64,000 nucleotides of DNA from Macrostomum lignano (GCA_002269645.1 NIVC01000090.1:186001-250000), one strand, 5' to 3'; counted from the first letter of the stretch, positions 21,469 to 33,792 are shown. Translations and numbers: made by a program. The notes: a model not told the origin generated them from the letters alone.

Positions 21469-24400
21469 ATGATGAAGATTAGACAGTTAATTCTGCTATT
21501 AACTGTACTAGCTGCGTGTCTTAATTGTAGCGAAGCTTATCGCCACAAAAGACGCAAAGAGTGCAACAACAAGACGCCGATATGTCGGTCCGACCGTTTC
21601 GACGTTGTATTTAGTCACTACGACGATTGGGACTGCAAGGTGTTCAAGTGCAAGTGCCGAGATCCCGTTGCTAAGACCTGTCCGCAGGGTCAGGCCCGGC
21701 TGCAGGTGAGGCCCGATTGTTGGGAGCTGATCGATACAGATAGAGCGGAATTAGAGAGAAGATGCAGAAGGGGAATAAAGGAAGATACAGAAGGAGAATT
21801 AGGGAAGATACAGAGTGGGAATCAGAGAAGATTACACGGGGGAAATTAGGAAGGATCCACAAGGTAATTAAAGAAGATACCCAGAAGGGATTAGGGAAGA
21901 TACGCGGGGAAACTAGGGAAAATAGAGTGCATGAATTAACTAAGATACACCAGGGAAATTAGGGAAGATACAAAAGGGGGATTAGAGAAGATAGACAAGG
22001 GGAATTAGGGAAGATACACAGGGGGGAATTAGGGAAGATACAAAGGGGGATTAGAGAAGATAGACAAGGGGAATTAGGGAAGATACACAGGGGGAATTAG
22101 GGAAGATACAAAGGGGGGTTAGAGAAGATAGACAAGGGGAATTAGGGAAGATACACAGGGGGAATTAGGGAAGATACAAAGGGGGGATTAGAGAAGATAG
22201 ACAAGGGGAATTAGGGAAGATACACAGGGGGAATTAGGGAAGATACAAAGGGGGATTAGAGAAGATAGACAAGGGGAATTAGGGAAGATACACAGGGGGA
22301 ATTAGGGAAGATACAAAGGGGGGTTAGAGAAGATAGACAAGGGGAATTAGGGAAGATACACAGGGGGAATTAGGGAAGATACAAAGGGGGATTAGAGAAG
22401 ATAGACAAGGGGAATTAGGGAAGATACACAGGGGGAATTAGGGAAGATACAAAAGGGAGGTTAGAGAAGATAGACAAGGGGAATTAGGGAAGATACACAG
22501 GGGGAATTAGGGAAGATACAAAGGGGGGATTAGAGAAGATAGACAAGGGGAATTAGGGAAGATACAAAGGGGGGATTCGAGAAGATAGACAAGGGGAATT
22601 AGGAAAGATACACAGGGGGAATTAGGGAAGATACAAAGGGGGGATTAGAGAAGATAGACAAGGGGAATTAGGGAAGATACAAAGGGGGGATTCGAGAAGA
22701 TAGACAAGGGGAATTAGGAAAGATACACAGGGGTAATTAGGGAATATACACAGATGGAGTTATGGAAAATAAACGCACAGAGATGTTAAATCAATTCGTC
22801 ATTCGCTCAGGTGGACTCTGACGGCTGCCAGTACTACGAGTGCCAGTCCTGCCCACCAAGGCCAGTCTGCCAAGGCACCCAGCAGGTGACTTTCCGTGGT
22901 AACGACGCCAACAACTGCCCAGTGTACACCTGCGACTGTCCGCTAAATCCAAATCGGCCCCAATGCGGACCGAATCAACAGCTTCAGCAGACTACTGACA
23001 GTAGCGGATGCCCGAGCTTCTTTTGTCAGCAGACTCGAACCCAGTGCCCGGATGCGCCCAGCTGCAGCTCCAACCAGCAGTTGGTCAGCGTTGGGGTCAA
23101 TGGAGACTGTCAGATCTACAAGTGCGAATGCTTGACCCCAGCCAAGATTGCTTGCAACGTGGGATCTCAGGCCCGACTGCAAGATGACGGACTTGGCTGT
23201 CAGGTGAGCGAAGCTTGATCGTGTAGTTTAATAAGGGTAAAGTGTAACTTGAGTAGGTTACAGTGAAGTTGAGTAGGTTAGAGTGAGGTTGAGTAGGTTA
23301 GAGTAAATTTGAGTTGGTTAGAGGGAAGTTGAGTAGGTTAGAGTAAATTTGAGTTGGTTAGAGGGAAGTTGAGTAGGTTAGAGTAAATTTGAGTTGGTTA
23401 GAGGGAAGTTGAGTAGGTTAGAGTAAATTTGAGTTGGTTAGAGGGAAGTTGAGTAGGTTAGAGGGAAGTTGAGTAGGTTAGAGTAAATTTGAGTTGGTTA
23501 GAGTGAGGTTGAGTAGGTTAGAGTAAATTTGAGTTGGTTAGAGTGAGGTTGAGTAGGTTAGAGTAAATTTGAGTTGGTTAGAGGGAAGTTGAGTAGGTTA
23601 GAGTGAAATTGAGTTGGTTAGAGGGAAGTTGAGTAGGTTAGAGTAAATTTGAGTTGGTTAGAGTGAGGTTGAGTAGGTTAGAGTAAATTTGAGTTGGTTA
23701 GAGTGAGGTTGAGTAGGTTAGAGTAAATTTGAGTTGGTTAGAGTGAGGTTGAGTAGGTTAGAGTGAAATTGAGTTGGTTAGAGGGAAGTTGAGTAGGTTA
23801 GAGTGAAATTGAGTTGGTTAGAGGGAAGTTGAGTAGGTTAGAGTAAATTTGAGTTGGTTAGAGGGAAGTTGAGTAGGTTAGAGGGAAGTTGAGTAGGTTA
23901 GAGTAAATTTGAGTTGGTTAGAGTGAGGTTGAGTAGGTTAGAGTAAATTTGAGTTGGTTAGAGTGAGGTTGAGTAGGTTAGAGTAAATTTGAGTTGGTTA
24001 GAGGGAAGTTGAGTAGGTTAGAGTGAAATTGAGTTGGTTAGAGGGAAGTTGAGTAGGTTAGAGTGAAATTGAGTTGGTTAGAGGGAAGTTGAGTAGGTTA
24101 GAGTGAAATTGAGTTGGTTAGAGTGAGGTTGAGTAGGTTAGAGTAAATTTGAGTTGGTTAGAGTGAGGTTGAGTAGGTTAGAGTAAATTTGAGTTGGTTA
24201 GAGGGAAGTTGAGTAGGTTAGAGTGAAATTGAGTAGGTTAGAGTAAATTTGAGTTGGTTAGAGGGAAGTTGAGTAGGTTAGAGTGAAATTGAGTTGGTTA
24301 GAGGGAAGTTGAGTAGGTTAGAGTAAATTTGAGTAGGTTAGAGGGAAGTTGAGTAGGTTAGAGTGAAATTGAGTTGGTTAGAGGGAAGTTGAGTAGGTTA

Positions 24401-27400
24401 GAGTAAATTTGAGTTGGTTAGAGTGAGGTTGAGTAGGTTAGAGTAAATTTGAGTTGGTTAGAGTGAGGTTGAGTAGGTTAGAGTAAATTTGAGTTGGTTA
24501 GAGTGAGGTTGAGTAGGTTAGAGTGAAATTGAGTTGGTTAGAGGGAAGTTGAGTAGGTTAGAGTGAAATTGAGTTGGTTAGAGTGAGGTTGAGTAGGTTA
24601 GAGTAAATTTGAGTAGGTTAGAGGGAAGTTGAGTAGGTTAGAGTGAAATTGAGTTGGTTAGAGTAAATTTGAGTTGGTTAGAGTGAGGTTGAGTAGGTTA
24701 GAGTAAATTTGAGTTGGTTAGAGGGAAGTTGAGTAGGTTAGAGTGAAATTGAGTAGGTTAGAGTAAATTTGAGTTGGTTAGAGGGAAGTTGAGTAGGTTA
24801 GAGTAAATTTGAGTTGGTTAGAGGGAAGTTGAGTAGGTTAGAGTAAATTTGAGTTGGTTAGAGGGAAGTTGAGTAGGTTAGAGTGAAATTGAGTTGGTTA
24901 GAGGGAAGTTGAGTAGGTTAGAGTAAATTTGAGTTGGTTAGAGTGAGGTTGAGTAGGTTAGAGTAAATTTGAGTTGGTTAGAGTGAGGTTGAGTAGGTTA
25001 GAGTAAATTTGAGTTGGTTAGAGTGAGGTTGAGTAGGTTAGAGTGAATTTGAGTTGGTTAGAGGGAAGTTGAGTAGGTTAGAGTGAAATTGAGTAGGTTA
25101 GAGTGAGGTTGAGTAGGTTAGAGTGAGGTTGAGTAGGTTAGAGTGAAGTTGAGTAGGGTCAGAATAAAGAATTGAGTAGCTTAGAGTAATGCTGAGTAGG
25201 TCAGAGTAAAGTTAAGTACGTCAGAGTGAGCTTAAGTAGGTTAGAGTAAAGTTGAGTTGGTTAGAGTGAGGTTGAGTAGGTTAGAGTGAATTTGAGTTGG
25301 TTAGAGTAAAGTTGAGTAGGTTAGAGTAAAGTTGAGTTGGTTAGAGGGAAGTTGAGTAGGTTAGAATGAAGTTCAGTAGGTCAGAGTGAAGTTGAGTAGG
25401 GTCAGAGTGAAGTTGAGTAGGGAAGGTGTTAAAATGAATCTAAGGGTAGAGCAGAATGGAGAACCGATAGAGTGGACTGAAGTCGCCTGTTCCCGCCCAC
25501 CCCTCTCCCCAGGTGTACAAGTGCGTGGAGAACCGCTCCCCCTGTCCCCCTGAGCCGGCCTGCCCGTCGCCGCACCAGATGGTGTCGCAGAACGGCGTGG
25601 ATGGCAACAACTGCATCAAGTACGTGTGCAAGTGCATCCCGCTGGCTCCCATCACCTGTCCGGCTGGGTTCCGCCAAATCATGGACACTGACGAGACCTG
25701 CGCCTGCCAGTACTACAAGTGCGAGCCGAACTGCGAGCAGAAGCCCAACTGCCCCTCTGTGAGTCACTGGCTTCAGCACATCTGACTCACTTTGATTCAC
25801 ATTGAATCAGTTTGATTCACATTGACTCACTTTGATTCACATTGAATCAGTTTGATTCACATTGACTCACTTTGACTCAGTTTGATTCACATTGACTCAC
25901 TTTGACTCACTTTGACTCACTTTGATTCACATTGACTCACTGTATTCACTATGAATCAGTTTGATTCACATTGACTCACTTTGACTCAGTTTGATTCACA
26001 TTGACTCACTTTGACTCAGTTTGATTCACATTGACTCACTTTGACTCACTTTGACTCACTTTGATTCACATTGACTCACTGTATTCACTATGAATCAGTT
26101 TGATTCACATTGACTCACTTTATTCACATTGAATCAGTTTGATTCACATTGACTCACTTTATTCACATTGAATCAGTTTGATTCACATTGACTCACTTTG
26201 ACTCAGTTTGATTCACATTGACTCACTTTGACTCACTTTGACTCACTTTGAACTTTGACTCACTTTGACTCCCTTTGACTCACATAGACTCACTTTGACT
26301 CCCTTTGACTCACTTTGACTCACTTTGACTCACTTTGAACTTTGACTCACTTTGACTCCCTTTGACTCACTTTGACTCACTTTGACTCAGTTGACTCACT
26401 GACTTACTTTGAATGACTTTGATTCACATTCACTCCCTTTGACTCACTTTGACACACCCACCTTGCCTTACTCCGACTCACCAGGTACACCAGGAGCCCG
26501 TGATCTCTGGCACCCGCAACAATGGCTGTCCAACCTACTCGTGTCAGTGCAAAAATCCGGAAGTGATCAGCTGCACCCTGGCAGATTCGCACCTGGTGCT
26601 GAGCAAAGCCACCGACGGCTCCAACTGCGATGTGTACGTCTGCCAGAATGACAACAGCGGCACGCGCAGTTGCGGGGCCGTCCCGAACTGCCCGGCTGGT
26701 CAACCGCCAGTGCTGAGTAGTTATGATGCTCAGGTGAGCAGTTTCTTGGAAACTGGAATCTAGGATCTAGGATCTGGGATCTAGGATCTGGGATCTAGGA
26801 TCTGGTATCTCTAGGATCTGGGATCTCTAGGATCTGGGATCTCTAGGATCTGGGATCTCTAGGATCTGGGATCTCTAGGATCTGGGATCTCTAGGATCTG
26901 GGATCTCTAGGATCTGGGATCTCTAGGATCTGGTATCTCTAGGATCTGGTATCTCTAGGATCTGGGATCTCTAGGATCTGTGATCTCTAGGATCTGGGAT
27001 CTCTAGGATCTGGGATCTCTAGGATCTGGGATCTCTAGGATCTGGGATCTCTAGGATCTGGGATCTCTAGGATCTGGGATCTCTAGGATCTGGGATCTCT
27101 AGGATCTGGGATCTCTAGGATCTGGTATCTCTAGGATCTGGTATCTCTAGGATCTGGGATCTCTAGGATCTGTGATCTCTAGGATCTGGGATCTCTAGGA
27201 TCTGTGATCTCTAGGATCTGGGATCTCTAGGATCTGGGATCTCTAGGATCTGGGATCTCTAGGATCTGGGATCTCTAGGATCTGGGATCTCTAGGATCTG
27301 GGATCTCTAGGATCTGGGATCTCTAGGATCTGGGATCTCTAGGATCTGGGATCTCTAGGATCTGGGATCTCTAGGATCTGGGATCTCTAGGATCTGGGAT

Positions 27401-30400
27401 CTCTAGGATCTGGGATCTCTAGGATCTGGGATCTCTAGGATCTGGGATCTCTAGGATCTGGGATCTCTAGGATCTGGGATCTCTAGGATCTGGGATCTCT
27501 AGGATCTGGGATCTCTAGGATCTGGGATCTCTAGGATCTGGGATCTCTAGGATCTGGGATCTCTAGGATCTGGGATCTCTAGGATCTGGGATCTCTAGGA
27601 TCTGGGATCTCTAGGATCTGGGATCTCTAGGATCTGGGATCTAGGATCTGCAGCCCGCCGCAAACTAAGTAAAAGATATGAATATGTACTTTTATTTATT
27701 AACTTCTCCGGAACCCCGCCGGCAGGGCTGCCCAGTCTACTTGTGCAGCGGCGGTTCCGGAACGAACTGCCCAGCCGCGCCACCCTGCGGAGCCGGCGAA
27801 ACCCAGCAGATTGTCGGCCGCGACACGCTGGGCTGCCCGCAGTACGTCTGCAACCGGATCGGGTGCACCACGCCGCCCAACTGCGGCAACCAGCAGGCCG
27901 TGTTCAGTCAGTACCAGAACAACTGCCCAGTGTACGTGTGCCAGGACAGCAGGTCCTGTCCCACCGTGCCCGCCTGTCCGCAATTGCAGGTGTCCTTCCA
28001 GGTGAGGCAAGACCCTCCATAGCAGTCCATAGACTCTCCATCCATATTCCATTTGCTATCGTCCATCTCGTATCAGCTATCTCTCATTTCATATCTGTCA
28101 TTTCCAATCTTCTATCTCCTATCTCATCTCCTATCTCATCTCCTATCTCATCTCCTATCTCATCTCCTATCTCATCTCCTATCTCATCTCCTATCTCATC
28201 TCCTATCTCATCTCCTATCTCGCATCTTCTATCTCCCATCTCCTATCTCCCATCTCCTATCTCGCATCTTCTATCTCCCATCTCCTATCTCCCATCTCCT
28301 ATCTCCCATCTCCTATCTCCCATCTCCTATCTCCCGTCTCCTATCTCCCGTCTCCTATCTCCCATCTCCTATCTCCCATCTCCTATCTCCCATCTCCTAT
28401 TTCCGATCTCCTATCTCCCATCTCCTATCTCCCATCTCCTATCTCATATCTCATATCTCCTATCTCCCATCTCCTATCTCCCATCTCCTATCTCATATCT
28501 CCTATCTCCCATCTGCTATCTCCCATCTCCTATCTCCGATCTCCTATCTCTCATCTCCCATCTCCCATCACCTATCTCTCATCTCCTATCTCCCATATGC
28601 TATCTCCAATCTCCTATCTTTCATCTCCTATCTCCCATCTCCTATCTCCCATCTCCTATCTCCTATCTCCTATCTCCCATCTCTCATCTTCTAGCTGCTA
28701 TCTCGCATCTCATGTATCAAATTTCCCATATCTCTTTTTCATTTTCATTTCTATTGAGATACAATGCTTCCTAGACTAGAAGGCAAGTCAAAGTTAAGCA
28801 GATTTAGGCGGTTAGTACGCAGCTAAGAAGGTATGCATGCAGTCATTATGAACGGCAAATGCATTGCAGTCCTATGGCACTGTACATGTAGAAGCCATAT
28901 ACAGCAACTACAGCGGCTGTATGGCAGTTTTGTTTTAGAAAACAAGAATGCACCCTCGACACACATCTGCATCCTCCATCCCCAGGTCGGCTACATCAGC
29001 GGCCCAGGCAGCTGTCCGCAGTACGTCTGCCAGCCAAACTTCTGCCCGGCACCGGCAATCTGCCCAGCCAATCAGAGCCCGAATTACGTCACTGTCAGTA
29101 ACGGTTGCGTGTCAGTGACGTGCGGCAACACGCGCAGCTGCCAAGGCGTGCCCACCTGCCGTTCAGGCGAAACTCCTCAGGTGACTGGCACAGATTCTCG
29201 CGGCTGCACCCGCTACGTCTGCTACCGAATGGGCTGTCCGAATCCGCCCACTTGTCCAGTTAATCAGCTGGTCACCGTGACTGGATACGATGCGTCCAAT
29301 TGTGCGGTTAGTGACACTGCCGTCTCTGTCTGCAGACATTGTGCAGCTTAAAGTCTGGTTTACATGAAGGTCATTTGGGTGTGTCTGCAGACATTGTGTA
29401 GCTTGAATTCTGCCTAAGGTCAAATCTTGGGTTGCGTTCGGGCGTTAAGTATATTTAGCCTCATTGACGTATTTCTACGTTTCTGAATATTTAAATGATT
29501 TCTTGGCGATCTGCCCGTTGAGAACGTTACCGTGACATGAATCACCATACAGTCATTCCAAACAATTCACTGGTGACTCTCTCTTGTGACGTTCTAACAT
29601 GATTGCATGTAATATGACAGAGAGGCGACTGTTGAGTCACCGAGAGCGTCACGTGAGTTGCAGAATCGTAATAAGAGTCGCGAAAAAGCCGTCAAAGAAT
29701 TGTTGTGCTAGCGGTTAACATCCTACTAACTTAAGTAGACTGAATAGAGTTGTTATAAATGCGAACTGTGATTCTGATTCATAAAGTGACGCTACGTATT
29801 GTGGTTTTCGAACATATCGGATACATTTCCATACTTCCATCCATTTAATAAAACTACTCATCGAACCACTCTCGTGAACCCGCACTCCCGCAGGTGTACA
29901 CCTGTCAAAACGACAACGGCTGCCAGGATCCGATTACCTGTCTGGCCTCGGAGACTCAGCTGTACATCGGCCAGGATTCCAACGGCTGTCCGGAGTATCT
30001 TTGCCATCCGACCGGATGCACTCCGCCTCCAAGCTGCACTATCGGAGAGCGTCTAGTAACTACCGGAGTCAACGGTAATTGTCCGATTTACCGCTGTCAA
30101 TCCAGCACCAGAAGTTGTCCGGTTCGGCCAAACTGTCCGGGCGGACAGACGCCCAACGTCGTTGCCTACGATAGCAGCAGCTGTCCAGTGTACAGCTGTC
30201 CGAACAATGGCGGCACATTCTGCACCCAACAGGTGCCCAACTGTCCGAACGGTCAGACACCGATTTCGTCTGGAACAGACGCCAACGGCTGTCCGGTGTA
30301 CGTCTGTCAGTTCACCAGCCGCTCGTGTCCGTTTCCGCCTGTCTGCTCGGACGGTCGAGCTGTGGCTGTAATCGGTCGGGACACCAACAACTGTCCAATC

Positions 30401-30976
30401 TACGACAGCTGCGACAGCGCTCGCAGCGGTGGCATCATCGGCGGAAACGGCATTATCGGCGGAAGCGGCATCATTGGCAGCAACGGAATTATCGGTACTA
30501 ACGGTATCATTGGTACTAACGGCATCATCGGAGGAAACGGCGTCATTGGTGGCGATAATGGCGGTTTCTACTACGGTAACGGCATCATCGGAGGCGCTAG
30601 TGGCAACGGTATCATTGGCAGCAATGGCGTCATCGGGGCGCGTAATGCTGGAATAATTGGCGCAAATGGGGGCTTCATTAACGGAGTAGTAGGAGGATCT
30701 ACGTCTACTTCGTCCTGCCCCAAGGAGCCGGAGTGCCAGTACCAGCAGCTGCGGATCCGGTCTCAAGAGGCTCAAGCCGACGGTCAGGTGTGCAGTCACT
30801 ATACTTGCATTAGTCTGGGCGATTACGACGGCCGACCGCCGAAGTGTCACGACAATCCGACTTACTGCGACATCAGCCAGACAGTAGAGACCTACGTGCA
30901 GCACGGGAGTCGCAAGCCGTGTCAGCGGGTGGTGTGCAAGGCTTCTAGCGCTTACGATGGCATTCTTGGTTTTTGA
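21469..30976 (+). CDS. Secreted cysteine-rich repeat protein (about 934 aa, 7 exons): signal peptide, 24 four-Cys antistasin-like modules and a Gly/Ile/Asn repeat
   Basis: Exons 21469-21705, 22811-23203, 25513-25758, 26485-26733, 27726-28001, 28986-29306 and 29894-30976, all junctions phase 0 and reading through cleanly. N-terminal MMKIRQLILLLTVLAACLNCSEA. Module C-x3-6-C-x4-Q-x7-9-D-x-N-G-C-P-x-Y-x-C. Confidence 0.9.
21740..22745. repeat. Purine-rich 20-22-bp minisatellite with a higher-order unit (aggggaattagggaagatac...)
   Basis: Intron 1 of gene 3; G-runs and TTAGGG recur throughout the array. Confidence 0.95.
23245..25420. repeat. 20-bp (2x10) minisatellite gagtaggtta-gagtaaattt with variant units
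   Basis: About 108 units; stays in register with the 60-nt lines; intron 2 of gene 3. Confidence 0.97.
25785..26450. repeat. 10-bp minisatellite (tgactcactt / tgattcacat)
   Basis: Intron 3 of gene 3. Confidence 0.95.
26757..27650. repeat. 16-bp minisatellite (ctaggatctgggatct)
   Basis: About 55 near-identical copies; intron 4 of gene 3. Confidence 0.97.
28110..28690. repeat. 7/14-bp pyrimidine-rich minisatellite (tctcctatctccca)
   Basis: Intron 5 of gene 3. Confidence 0.95.
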
Positions 30977-31052
30977 TCTGATTCATGGAATTCGTGCTGA
31001 AACTCTGTTTAAGTTCATGCGTTTTTTGATGGTCTCGGTTATAAAATTTAAT

Positions 31053-31058
31053 AATAAA
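31053..31058 (+). promoter_or_regulatory. Candidate polyadenylation signal of gene 3
   Basis: AATAAA 77 nt after the stop codon, followed by T-rich sequence. Confidence 0.55.
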
Positions 31059-33153
31059 CCCACTTTGTTTTCTCTTTAAATTAAGTAATAATTTCATCGA
31101 AAAAAAGTATTTTAGTTGTTTTTTTTATCGAGCTTACTTGAACACTATTGAACAGACAACAAGTTAATACTCGTAGATGCAAGTGCCAATGCAGAAAAAC
31201 TTAAAGCAATAAGGAGCTGTCAGGCTGAGGAAGAACTTCCGAATTTCTTCCAGCAACTGCACTTGGGGATTACACTCTCGGTCCCACGTACTGAGTTCTA
31301 ACTTGTTCACACAGCCATAATATAGGGGCAAATTTTGTGTGATCTCACGCAAAATTGTGACGTAAAATTTCTTTTATTTGTTTTGTACATCGGTCGTGTG
31401 ATTTCATGACCATCAATTAGTATAGTTATAAAAAATCATGGCTCTATGGTTGCAGGTTGCAGCGTGACAGTTCTGCAGTTTTTCATTTAATAAAGACTGG
31501 GGGGATAAATTATAGCTAGATGCGTCCAGAATCAATTTCTGATGCACAGATCGACCACTAGGCTCGGCCATACGATGCACTTAAGCATTCAAAAATTCTT
31601 ATGAACTGTTTCTCAGTAGGAGACTGTGTAAACTTGTCGAATTCCTTCTAGCTAACGTACATGTAGGGTAGCAGCGTATACAGAGGACAAATTTTAGCAG
31701 GCTACTAAATACATGATCAAGAACATCACTCGTGAGCAATTCAAAAATACACTGGAAGTAAAGGAGAATGTACAAATGATGACCCCAAGCCCCAAGGACT
31801 TCTTAAGTAGAAGGACGGATGAAAACCGTTTCTTGAAATAAAACTTTAGTAGGCAGGTTTTACCGAAATATATATTAAGGAGACAGGAGGTTTTCTATCT
31901 TCTAAAATTTTATTGCTTTTAATAGAAAGCAGGTCTAAAGTTCATTTTTGATTTGTTCCAATTCTTCTCCTACATGTATACTATCAATGCAAAAGCAATA
32001 GCAATTTTTCTGGTTAAAATTTTTTTTCGATCAGCCTCCCCCAACATTTTTCCAAAAACGTAGTTTCCCAGCCTTCTAAAGTAGTTTTTGGATGACCGAC
32101 GCCTTGGGCGGTATGAAATGACCAAAACATTTTATTATCGCGATATCTTAGTAAAACAATCGCGCAGTTTTCAATTGGTACTTGAATAGTAACTATTAGG
32201 TTTTTTACTTTTTCATTATTTATAAAATAATATACTTTAGCATGAAATACAAAAAAACTGTATAACCTTGCACTTATTCCGCATCAAATCGAGTAATCAA
32301 TTCCGCATCAATTAATATTATTTAGTACTCGACTCGATCAGTAGACGGTAGGCCTAGACCTATATATTGGCCTAAATCAAGATTCCTAGACAATTCGAAT
32401 ATCCTGAGTTGTGACTATAACATCAACAGGTATGGCTAGCCTTATAGATAGCTCTAGCTATATTATAGCAGCTGTGTCTAGCCCAAGGCCAAAGTGTAGT
32501 GTGTAGCTTAGTAGCTTAGAAAATAATTTACGGTCGGGTAAGGAAAAATTACCTAGGCTAGGCCTATAGGCCACCTAGGCCTATTAAAATAAAAAATATA
32601 TATATGAAAACAATTAAGCTAGCATTGTAGGATAGACAAGATAAGATAGTATCTAGACAATAAGCACTGAAATTCCATACTAGACAACTTATGCAACAAC
32701 TTATGCTATGCCTAGGGGCCTATTGTTTCTCATAAAAACCTTTAAAACTAGGGCCTATGATTAGGCCTGTAAGACATCTGTAAAATTTAACATTTGAAGT
32801 ATAACATAAGATAAGTTAGGCCCTAATATAACAGAAAATTACATATTTTATAGCAAATTTGCTAATTAACAAAATGTATGCATTATAATTTATATATAGG
32901 CCTATACCAAGAATCTTAGTTACTCAGTATAGTCAGTATATACCACATGGACAATAGAAAATGTCTATAAAATCATTTTATCTTGAGTATTAAATAGACA
33001 ATTTTGTTAAACATTTACTTAATCATTAATGACTTCTGAATGTCTATTTGAATGTCTATTGGGAAACCAGTATATGGACAATAGACATGTTGATGTTTGT
33101 ATATAATATAAATTTTTATAGGCCTAACAACTATTTTCTTGACTAACTAACTA

Positions 33154-33792
33154 GGGTACCAGTCGTTTTGGTGACAAGACGTTTCGGTGACAAATAGTCA
33201 TTTCGGTGACAAGTTGCAATTGTGATAGACACACTTCATTTTCAATGAAAAATCAAAGATTTCATGAGTATTGTTATTTTAGTTATAAGAGGCATTTCAT
33301 AATATTCGTTTGTAGTTATTTTGTTAAGATTTATATTTCGTAATATATTTAAACATTTTGTCGAAAGAATATATTTAAGAAAAGAAAGCAAACTAATTAT
33401 ATTGTTTTCTTCCTGTGCAGATCGTTTTGAATTGTCCCAGAGTGTTCAGACACATAAACCATAAACCTATAGAGAATCCTCATGAAATGCAGACCACGAG
33501 AAAGGCGGAGATAATCACTTGTCGACACTTTTGCATGTTTAAATTGGAAAACATAATTCAAAAGACTGCAACTCTATAATTGTAAAGAAACAAAATTAAA
33601 TACAAATGCTTAACTGTTTAAAAAAATATAAAATTTTAGGCTCAATATCCCTTAAGATTTTCTAAGTAATTTTTTGTTTAAAAACAGAACGGCTATAACT
33701 AAAATTGTATTTTTCTTGTCACCAAAATGACTTTTGCTTGTCACCAAAAGGACTGTCACCAAAATGTCTTGTCACCGAAACAACTGTAATCC
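33154..33792. mobile_element. MITE with GG-starting TIRs, subterminal GGTGACAAG repeats and an 8-bp TSD
   Basis: Left gggtaccagtcgttttggtgacaagacg; right cttgtcaccgaaacaactgtaatcc. Flanks actaacta and attaacta. Confidence 0.75.

Noticed and set aside
23245-25420. CRISPR-like or telomeric array
   Set aside because: There are no unique spacers, the context is a eukaryotic intron, and the unit is not a (TTAGGG)n run.
30053-30904. 283-aa antisense ORF opposite gene 3 exon 7
   Set aside because: Expected shadow ORF of a GC-rich, repetitive coding strand.
31164-31352. 62-aa Cys-containing minus-strand ORF as a small peptide gene
   Set aside because: Non-ATG start, no signal peptide or family motif, and no supporting exon structure.
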